Virus record (IMG/VR): IMGVR_UViG_3300032235_000428
Span: 38,461-102,460 of that record
DNA from: a virus
Length of the DNA: 64,000 nucleotides
Strand: one strand, 5' to 3'
The position numbers and the translations under genes were made by a program. Under the pieces are notes generated by a model. It did not search any database. It saw nothing but the letters and a program-made list of their open reading frames with translations, and was not told the origin of the DNA. Of the stretch, positions 17,406-27,100 are shown piece after piece; within the stretch, counting starts at the first letter, position 1; the number at the start of each line of letters is the position of its first letter.

Positions 17406-19835
17406 TTAAACTGTTCCAAATGGATTTGTTTCTGAAAAATCTATTATCTCAGATGCTTCTTGTTGAATTGTATAATTTTGAGCAAAAGGATCTTGAAGAT
17501 TATCTGTATTTATAAGTTTTATTTTGTAACTAGCTCCAGAGGTTTCTCCAACCAAATATTCATTATTTGAAAATTCTCCATTTATATTTGATAAAACTAA
17601 AGTTCTAGTAATACCATCCCAACTTTTAACTTTTCCTCTAGTACTACTTATTGTACCAACAACAATTTCATTAAAACTGAAAGATCCTATTCCCGTAGTA
17701 GGTGGTGCAGAAAAACTTATTGTTGGTGATTGAGTATACCCTAATCCAGCATTTATTATACTAATAGATGTTACTGTTCCTGAAGAATCTATATTAGCTC
17801 TTGCTTCAGCTCTTACTTTTTGGAATGATGTTGTAGCAATACTCACTTGAGGTGAAGTTGAATATCCAAAACCTGGATTAGTTACAAGTATTGATGTGAT
17901 ATATCCAGAATTATTAACTACTGGTCTTCCTTTTGCTGTTATTAGTTTTGTTGGTGCGTTTACTGTTGCAATAGGATTTCCACTATATCCAGATCCATTG
18001 TATGTTATATTGAGTGAAGATAATTTTCCATTTGAAATTATTGGTAAGGCAGTAGCATGTTCAAATGTGTGTAAAAATAGTGTGTTTGCTGTAGTAGTAA
18101 ACCCAATTACTGGTATATTTACGTCATAATTTTGACAATCATTTTCAATCCTGAATTCGTCAATATAGCAACTAGTGTTTACACTATGTTTTATCAGTAT
18201 TCCTTCTGAAGAAACATATAGATTTGGTTCCCCAGAACTTAAGACGTACTGATTTCCATCAACAACTATAAATGTGTTATATCCACTATATGGATTTTGT
18301 GTTTTTTGGAATGATATAAAGTGCCACTCATCATCATTTAAATTAATTGGAACCTCTAGAGTTTCAAGACCGTTTAAAATAGATACCTCTAATCTTGAAT
18401 TACTCTTTAAATCTATTTTCCATTCGTATGATCCATATAGTCCTTTGGAATATATTATAGTTCCTGGTTGAAATGTATTTTTTAATTTTAAGAAAAAGTC
18501 TACTCTACCATTTCTAAAAATATCAGATCCAATATTATTGCAAACTATATCCAAAGTTGTTCCATCTAGGTATCCACTTGAAGATCCAAATTTATACGTT
18601 GATGTTGTTAATCCACCTCCAGTAAATTTAATTGTATTTACTACAGTTGTAGTATATCCAGCTCCTGGATTTGTAATTGGGATATTTAAAATTCTAGTAT
18701 CAACATCAATTACTGGAGATAATAATGCATTAGTTAAAATTGGATTTGGGAAGTTAAATTCTCTGGTATTATCAAAGAAACCTTGCTGATCATTTATAGA
18801 TATTGAAGTAACAAATCCAGATGAATTAATATTTCCTGTTAAAGATGCTGTGGATGTTGAAGATGTTCCTGGAGCAGAAATTGTGACTACTGGTGGATCT
18901 ACGTATCCATAACCACCACTTAAAATAGTAACAATACCAACAATTCCATTTCCTATTACTGCCTTTGCTGCTGCGCCAGATCCTCCACCGCCGATAAACG
19001 TTACTGAAGGTGTCGTAGTGTACCCATATCCAGTTTTTGTTAATTCTACACCTTGAATTCTTAATAAAGAAGAATTTGGTTCACATAAATCTGTCAATCC
19101 TCCTATCATTGTAGCAATTCCAGAAGCGGTTCCATTTGGATCTGGTGATGATGAAATTGCTACAACGGGTGTTGATTTATATCCTTTACCTCTGTTTGTT
19201 AAATTGATATATCTAACACCACCAAACACTAATCCAGACGTTGCAACTGGTAAAGAACCAATGCCAATCATCTTGAAAGTTTGTGTGTATCCTTCATTCT
19301 GCACATTATCGTCTATAAATTCTATTCCAGTATCTATATTTTCATTATTGTATCTGAATAATTCACACTTTAATTCGTAAGTATAACTTCCTTTTAAAGA
19401 ATAAAAAGGTTTTTCGTGTTCGACGTATTTAATTTCAAATAATCTATCGCCTAATGGAAAATATACTAAATCACCTTCTTTTGGTCTACTGTATAATTTT
19501 ACATTAGGTAAATTTTCCAATAAAGGTTTTAAATATACCTCATACCTTTCTCTAGAAATAGTTAATGTTAAATCATCAAGTTCTTGAATTCCAAACTTGG
19601 ACATTAACGTGCCAACATTTCCATATCCATCATATGTTTCTACATATGCTTCTATTGGATATGCATATTTAAAATCTGAATTTATTACTTCTTCAATAAT
19701 AGTTTTTTCATTGAAATATAGTCTTGGAATATAATATATGTCAACACCATAAATTTTCAAGTGCTCATTTACAAGATCTTGTACAAGACCTCTTTCTGTC
19801 TGTGATCCTTGAAGAAAAAATGGATTGAGTGCCAT
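17406..19835 (-). CDS. gp14: Neck/head-completion protein gp14, extended with inserted domains
   Basis: N-terminal gp14 core (YGVDIYYIPR, SKFGI, RPKEGDLVYFP, FEIKYVEHEKPFY), C-terminal IIDFSETNPFG; internal GxGY repeats and a LamG-like segment. Confidence 0.9.
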   Translation of the reverse strand: MALNPFFLQGSQTERGLVQDLVNEHLKIYGVDIYYIPRLYFNEKTIIEEVINSDFKYAYPIEAYVETYDGYGNVGTLMSKFGIQELDDLTLTISRERYEVYLKPLLENLPNVKLYSRPKEGDLVYFPLGDRLFEIKYVEHEKPFYSLKGSYTYELKCELFRYNNENIDTGIEFIDDNVQNEGYTQTFKMIGIGSLPVATSGLVFGGVRYINLTNRGKGYKSTPVVAISSSPDPNGTASGIATMIGGLTDLCEPNSSLLRIQGVELTKTGYGYTTTPSVTFIGGGGSGAAAKAVIGNGIVGIVTILSGGYGYVDPPVVTISAPGTSSTSTASLTGNINSSGFVTSISINDQQGFFDNTREFNFPNPILTNALLSPVIDVDTRILNIPITNPGAGYTTTVVNTIKFTGGGLTTSTYKFGSSSGYLDGTTLDIVCNNIGSDIFRNGRVDFFLKLKNTFQPGTIIYSKGLYGSYEWKIDLKSNSRLEVSILNGLETLEVPINLNDDEWHFISFQKTQNPYSGYNTFIVVDGNQYVLSSGEPNLYVSSEGILIKHSVNTSCYIDEFRIENDCQNYDVNIPVIGFTTTANTLFLHTFEHATALPIISNGKLSSLNITYNGSGYSGNPIATVNAPTKLITAKGRPVVNNSGYITSILVTNPGFGYSTSPQVSIATTSFQKVRAEARANIDSSGTVTSISIINAGLGYTQSPTISFSAPPTTGIGSFSFNEIVVGTISSTRGKVKSWDGITRTLVLSNINGEFSNNEYLVGETSGASYKIKLINTDNLQDPFAQNYTIQQEASEIIDFSETNPFGTV

Positions 19836-19843
19836 AGAATTTC

Positions 19844-20683
19844 TTACCCTATCATGTCTAGTGGTGGTAATTCATATGTCGAAGACATTTTATTCATAAT
19901 TTCATCTATTTCTCTTTGGGCATCATCATATAATTGTCTTCCATTCAGTTCAATTCCACCTGGAAGTTTTACTCCTTGGAATTTAATTAAGTTTTGTCCC
20001 CATTGTCTTTTAATTAATGAAGTCAAATAGGGCTTTAAAAATGAATCGTTCCAAACTCTACTATAATCGTTTGGATCTAATGCTCTATAACAATCAATTA
20101 CTAGATATTGTCCAACAGTAACACTAGACCAATCAATATCTAGATACAATCTATCCATTCTTTGATTAAATCTTATTTGTTTTTGAGTTGTCAATAAAAA
20201 GTCAATATCTTCAAGATATCTTTTAACCATAGAATATGTTAAGAGTTCCGTTGATCCCCAATAGTAAATATCATTCAAGAATAGTTGATATTTTATACTA
20301 AACATACCACTTGAGATACTATTAGATCCTTCAAAAAGAAAAATCTTATTAATACCAATGATGGAAGGTGGAACTTGCAAATAATTAGAATTTTCAAAAT
20401 AATTAAATGTTGTTGGAGTTCCAGCTATTGAAGTAGTCGCACTCGTAGACGCAATACCAACCCCACCAAACGTAGCTCTGCCTCTAGAAATATCATCCTG
20501 TGTAATTTGATGCTTTAAATACATCTGAGAAACACCATCAAAATGCCTTTCTTGGAAAAATTGAATGGCATCATCAACTAGATCTTCAATTTGTTCTTCG
20601 GCAATGTTTATTTCTAAAACTGGTGCTCCAAGTTTCCTTAAGCAGTAATCTATTAGTTCTTGTCGTGAGGATGGTTTTGCCAT
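19844..20683 (-). CDS. gp13: Neck protein
   Basis: PSSRQELIDYCLRKLGAPVLEIN, ERHFDG, KRQWGQNLIKFQGVKLPGGIELNG, YELPPLDMIG. Confidence 0.95.
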   Translation of the reverse strand: MAKPSSRQELIDYCLRKLGAPVLEINIAEEQIEDLVDDAIQFFQERHFDGVSQMYLKHQITQDDISRGRATFGGVGIASTSATTSIAGTPTTFNYFENSNYLQVPPSIIGINKIFLFEGSNSISSGMFSIKYQLFLNDIYYWGSTELLTYSMVKRYLEDIDFLLTTQKQIRFNQRMDRLYLDIDWSSVTVGQYLVIDCYRALDPNDYSRVWNDSFLKPYLTSLIKRQWGQNLIKFQGVKLPGGIELNGRQLYDDAQREIDEIMNKMSSTYELPPLDMIG

Positions 20684-20686
20684 TTT

Positions 20687-20860
20687 TTATAACTGTCCTA
20701 AGTTAGAAATAACCTCTTGTTGCTGAAAATATAACTTAATGTAAGATTTAGTTAAATTTCTCAAAGCATTAATATCATCTATATTATCTATATCTCTAGA
20801 TAATTTCTCATATTCAAATGACTTTGAAATACTAGTTAATTCAATATCAGTGTGATCCAT
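20687..20860 (-). CDS. Small helical protein, NblA-like (tentative)
   Basis: MDHTDIELTSISKSFEYEKLSRDIDNIDDINALRNLTKSYIKLYFQQQEVISNL; two-helix pattern. Start chosen at the internal ATG (track gives 20875). Confidence 0.5.
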   Translation of the reverse strand: MDHTDIELTSISKSFEYEKLSRDIDNIDDINALRNLTKSYIKLYFQQQEVISNLGQL

Positions 20861-21101
20861 TGATAATCTTTCCAAGTAAATTTTTAATTTCGTTTAAATC
20901 TGACTTTAATTCATTAATATCAGATTTTAACTGATCGACTTCATTTTCAATGTTATAAATGGTACTATGTTCTCTTTTTTTAGCATTTTTTAAAGACAAG
21001 TATGCCTTATGTGATTGATCATCAGTATTGATGATTGCATTTGTTAGGACATCCCTAACCAAATGGGGATGTCCTTCAACGTTTAAATAACGCATTTCCA
21101 T
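20847..21101 (-). CDS. Conserved small coiled-coil protein of the T4-like cyanophage late module
   Basis: VEGHPHLVRD..TNAIINTD followed by a heptad coiled coil; lies between VrlC and gp13. Confidence 0.75.
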   Translation of the reverse strand: MEMRYLNVEGHPHLVRDVLTNAIINTDDQSHKAYLSLKNAKKREHSTIYNIENEVDQLKSDINELKSDLNEIKNLLGKIINGSH

Positions 21102-21103
21102 AA

Positions 21104-24100
21104 TTATGCTAATGCTATTGCTCTAAGGTCCCTTATTCTTGGTGGGAATGCCTGATTTGTAGACGTTCCTACCAATTTTATACTGAAATATTTAAATTCA
21201 GGTAAATTGTCTATAGAGAACTCATAATCAGCAAAGGTTAACTCTTTACTTTCAAACCCTAAAGTTGTATTTTTTGATACAAATTTATTTGATAGACCAT
21301 TGTTTCTAGAGATATCAATAATGTTTCCATTTACATCCAAATTAGAATATCCTGGGAATGGATAATAAATCATTTCACTCTCTAATGTATTAGAGATTGC
21401 ATAGAAAGCTCTTATTTCGCTAGTGTTATTAACATACGCTGCAAGAAGAACTTTAATGGAAGTTGCAGAATTTTCTAACCCAATCACATTGGTTGCATAA
21501 GAAAATGCCGTTGGATCTGTAAGAATTGATGAAGTTCTACCATCGTTGGCATAGTCTTCAATTATATCGTTAACTCTATTGGTAATAAGAATAAGACCCA
21601 CTCTATCTAAATCTATTACTGGAGAAACAAAGGAATCTTCAGTAGTTAGATTAAATGTTACTGACAACGACTTATTTCCAGGAGAAGTTAATAAATTGTT
21701 AGTTTCATTTACTCTAGATGCAATTAATCTAGGTGTGTTAAAATACGTATGAGTATTGAGATTTAATGGTGCAGAATCTGTCTCAATGAATGAGATTTCA
21801 TTACCACTTATACTAGTTGCCGTTGTCGTTTTAATAGTAGCAGTTATATTTGTTGATGGTAATATCATTGTTTGAACAATTGGTCTAACTGCCTCAAATT
21901 GTATATTTTGTGTTGCATTAATTAAATTACCACCACATGATTTAGTTTCTGGGATATACAATTTGGGGAATGATGTTCCAACAGATCTATTGACACCATT
22001 AGAAGACATATCAAGTTTAATATAATAGTAATCTAAACCAATTGGGTTCTCGACATTTGCATCTTGTAAGTAATGTGTCTTATTAATTCTCCTTAGAGAA
22101 ATACCATTTACTTCATATTTACTGACAACAGTACCACTTGGATATGTGAAAGATCTTGTACCATCTATACCCCTTACAATGCCAGTTAACTGACCATTTG
22201 TTACACCAGTGTACGAAATAATTTCATCTTCTATTATTACATATCCAGGATTAGTTGAAGCAACAGATACATTTTCAAATGTATTGAAATTAGCAGTGCT
22301 TGCAATGCTAATCGCTCCAGAATCTGAATTTGAATAATTTAGTGTTAATCTGGTAGGAATTTTATCACCTTTGATATTTGATAGTACTGCACGGTTTAAA
22401 TTGGAATGCATACCATGGTTTTTATGATTTACCTTGATATGTAAACCATCATTAACCAATGAATAAGTTTCAATTTGATTTATTAATGAATTAGATCCTG
22501 AAGTTGTAACTATGGTTGTTATTCCAGTTGTTGGACTTATATATTGTACAACTTTACTGCCACTAACTTCAAAATCACCTTGAACTTGATCTAGGATTAA
22601 TTCATTTACACCAGAAAGAGTAGATAATGAGAATTTCAAATTCCTACCTAATGACTGTGTACCAACTTGTTGTGCTGTTAATACATCACCAACTTGATAT
22701 CCAGATCCACCATTAACTATTGTAGCTGCAATAGCAACACCACCATTTATAGTAATATTTGCTGTAGCATTCTTACCATCTCCAGTTAGGGATGTTAAAG
22801 ATACATTATTAAATGTATAACCTGAAGCATTGGATGGAGTGTATCCAATTCCAGCATTTATTATGCCTAATGTTCCAGATGCAGAACCACCAGCACCAAC
22901 ATAATCAGCAGATGCATTTGTCCCAGATTGAATTATCGTGTTACCGAGAACTAATCCAGTTGTGTTAATAGTATTTGGGAAAGTGATTTTTATTTTTTTA
23001 GCATTAAAATCTAGAGAATCATTTAACAATTGTGCTACTTGGTTATTTCCAGTACTTAATTCTGGATTGTAGAAAGTAACAGAACCATTATTTTCCAAAA
23101 ATACTGCCGCATAAAGATTATATTTCAAGTCTTCATATTGGCTTGGTGTCCATGTAGAAGCATTTTGAGATTTAAATAGTGATCCTAATGTTGTTTGATT
23201 TGAAACCAATATCTGTCTTGATTCTGGTAGGCTGGCAGTAGAAATGTCAACTTCACCTAATCTAGAAATCCATAAAGTATATTCATTTGAATCTGTAAGT
23301 ATTACTACAGCATGTTCTTTAGAACCTTCTAAGTAAACTGGAGATGGGAAGTGTATCTGTGTTGCTTGAGATCCATCAAAGGTTTCAAAAATTTCGTCAG
23401 GTGTTAAAACTACACGACCAAATGGGTACACTTCTTCAGTAGGAACACCATTTCTCATTGAACGAAGTTCAACTACAACTGGAGCTACTGGATCTTTAGT
23501 CCTAAAAAATAACTCAACTGTAGTAACAAATCTTCCTGTAGGATTAGGTACAAAGAAAGACTGCGCCAGAGGGTCCTTCCCGCCTCTTGGTGGTGGTGGA
23601 TCGGGTCTCCTTGGTGGTGGAGGGTCTGGCCTTGGTGTAGGTGGCGGTGGCGCAGGTTGAGGCTGTGGTGCTGGTTGTGGTGGTGGAGGAGGGGGAGATG
23701 GTGGATTCCCTGGTCTTGGTGGTGAAGGTGGTGGACTTGGATTTGGTCTTGGTGGTGGGTTTGGTGCTGGTGGTGGTGGAGGTGGTGGTGGTGGTAGAGG
23801 TTGAGTACTAACAGTCTGACTATTGCTAACAACTTGTGTAGTTGATACGTCGGTTACATCTCTTGTCTCACTAGTTGATACATTAGTAAATCTAGGACTT
23901 CTTGTTGATCTTATTGTTTCTTGTAAGTTATTAATAGATCCTTGAGCAAAATATTGCTCTTCACCAGAAGTAGAAACTAATCCACCGATAGTCGTATTTA
24001 CAGAACTACTGGTCAACCTAAAAACTTTTATTCCAACTTCAAATCTTGGATTTGTTATTATATTTGGATTTGGAATAAAGAAAGAACCTATAATAGATCC

Positions 24101-27100
24101 AATTTGGTCAGTTACCAATCTAACACTTGTAATTATAGCTTCTCCTTGAGAACCTCTAATTCTCATCCCAGGTTGAATGAAACCACTGTATAATCCTTGA
24201 GTATTATCTGCTAATGAAGCCGTATCAACGTTTAATAAAATAGAAGAACTTGAGTAATCTGAAGGAATAGTGTAATTCTTATTATAAGGACTTACAGTAA
24301 AAACATCAGTTGGGTTGGAAATTGGTCCAAATTTATGATTGGATTTGGCAACTCTAAATGATATTGATGCTGTAGAAGAATTTGTTTCAGTTTCATTTCC
24401 CGTGGTCATTCTACCAACAACACGCTCACCAACCACAAATTGCCCACTTATCATATTAATTTCGATAAGTTTTGGAATAACAAATCTAGTAACCTCCACA
24501 CTATCGAAGAATCCATAAACTGTGGTGAATGGTCTAAATTTCTTTCCAGTAAATTCTATATTTCTAGACCTCATGAAAGGTATAACCGAGGTGCTTACTA
24601 CACGATCACCTTCACTCAGAATATTAATCTGCTCAGACAATCTTAATTGATTACCTTGTCTAGTTTGAGTACCAGTTCTGTTTACAGTAGTAGTTTCAGT
24701 ATTTTGGAAAGTGTTTGTGGTTACAATCGCATTACCAGTATTTTGAACTGATGAACCAGTTTGAACCGATTGATTTGTTACCGTTACAGTTCTACCAGTC
24801 CAAGTTGTTTCCCAAGCACCCCAAGTAACTGGACTTAATCCTGTTTGTGGATCATATCCACTAAAGACTAATTGATTTCTTGTTTCGGTATAATTATCAA
24901 CCTCAATGGTTTGTGCTGCCATACGCACTTGATCAATCCATATATCAGATGATGGGAAAAGATCAATTGTTCCTGTATATGAAGTTACTAGATATGGAGT
25001 TACATTCTCAACTCTTGTTGCAAACTGCTGTTGAAGTTCTAAACTTTCAAAATAATCTAGTGTTAATAGTTGTCCTGTTCTTCTTACATTAGTCCCAATC
25101 AAATCATTGGAGAACTTTACATCAGATAAAGGTGATGCTGATGTTCCTATTCCAATTAATGATTGAGATCCTAGTAATAAATCAACTTGAGTTACGAAAG
25201 GAGAAGGTCTCAGTTCTAAGTTAGATGGGTCAATACTATTAGTTACTGGTCCAATTTTTAGTTGATTTTTTGTATCTGAAAAATTATCTACAAAAATACC
25301 AGATTTAAATCTGTTTAATCCAGAACTATCTGGTATGTGTAAATTCTCAGTTTTTGTTTCTAATAGTGATAGTGCAGTATAATACTCTAGATTTTCTATT
25401 CTATTTTCTAATAAAGCAATATCAGACATTCTATAACGCTTATGCTCTTTCAGTCTGATACTCGAATTAACAGTATTGCACAAGTAAGGTGGATGACTGA
25501 TAGTAGCAACTTCTAGAGCATCATCAATATTGTTTGGTGTAGGTGGATTTTCATCAGGAGTACCTTTTACTAATTGGAATATTCCTGTTTTGGATAAAAA
25601 TAGTTTATCTATTCTTGGTAGATAGAATGAGTAATTTAATACAATTGATTCATCTGATGCTAGAATATTTTTCGATGAATTATCTAGCGAATTAAATGAT
25701 CTTGCATAAAATTCAAATGGAGAATATGAAGTTGTGTTTGCATCAAATTTAGAAACTCTTGGACGAATATCAATAACATCAGTCAATTTAATGTTATTCT
25801 TAATTTGTGGAAGAATACAATAGTCAAATTGATTGTACGACGATGCTGTAGTTATATCCCCATCATCAGTAGAGGAATAACTTCCACTTTCAAAAATAAT
25901 TTTTAATTTTCTTTTTGGTTCACCAGAATTATTATTTCTAATAATTCTTGCATAGTCACATATAGTTTCTCTTTGTCCACTATCAAGTGTATATCTGTTT
26001 GTAATATTGGATGAACCATCCGCAAATCCTTGGATTATACCGTTTATATTACTATCTGAAAACTTTATTCTTTCTCCAATTTTAAATCTAAGGTCATTCA
26101 AATATACAAATCCTAGATTTAAACTATCTACAAATTCTGAATAAATTCCTATGGCACCACTTTCTTCCCCTATAAACTCTTCACCTAATAACAAGTCATC
26201 AACTCTTCCAGTAGGACCATTCAGACCAATCATTGTTAATTCTGGTAACAATGGGTCTGAAATATCATTCGATTCGAAGATGCCATATATTTTAGTAACA
26301 TCTGGATATAATAGACATAGATCTCTATCCTGAACTCTTAGTCCATAACCATAGTTACCATATGATAATCCATCATTTAGAGTAGTTGATCCTATACCAG
26401 ATTGAGTGTATTGGGATTTATTTACAATAATTGAATTTACTCTAACTTTATTTTTAATTTTATTTTTTAAGTTTATTTTTTGTAATGTTGCAATTAATCT
26501 CCCAGTTCCAGAAGAAGTTTGTAAACCTTGTATTATTATTTCCTTATTTCCAGCAGAATACGTAAATTTATCACTAGATAAAGGTTCTACAATTCCAGTA
26601 GAAGTTATCAATACATATCTTTCTTCATCAAAAGGTAAAAATGTTTCCCCAGTATCTGCTTGTAAAGTATTTGTTGAATTTGCTGTGATGGTTATATTAT
26701 ATTCTTTTCTAATTGTTAGAGAAGAACCAGTTAGATCTACTTCAGATATCCATTCTTTAGGTAGAGGAGTATATAATGTATTATCAGTTGATGATTGATA
26801 TTTTGATCCAATAACTGAAAAGTCTACAGGATTAATTGAAGACGTTGGTAATCCACCATCATTTATAGAATTGACGGTATTAATTCCTACTATTACTATA
26901 GTATAATCTCCAGTTATAGACTGTACTTTAGCATAAGTTTTAACTTGAGAATTGCTTGATGTTGTATTAGTGAAAGAAACTAAATCACCAACTCTTACTC
27001 TATTTGTAAATTCTAAAGAATTTGAGGTGACAGTAGATACTCCTGGTGCTGTCCCAGACTTCCCTGTAATATTTACTTGACCTATTGTTAGTTTTGGATA

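Noticed and set aside
23485-23832. His-rich 115-aa ORF
   Set aside because: Alternative frame of the polyproline tract.
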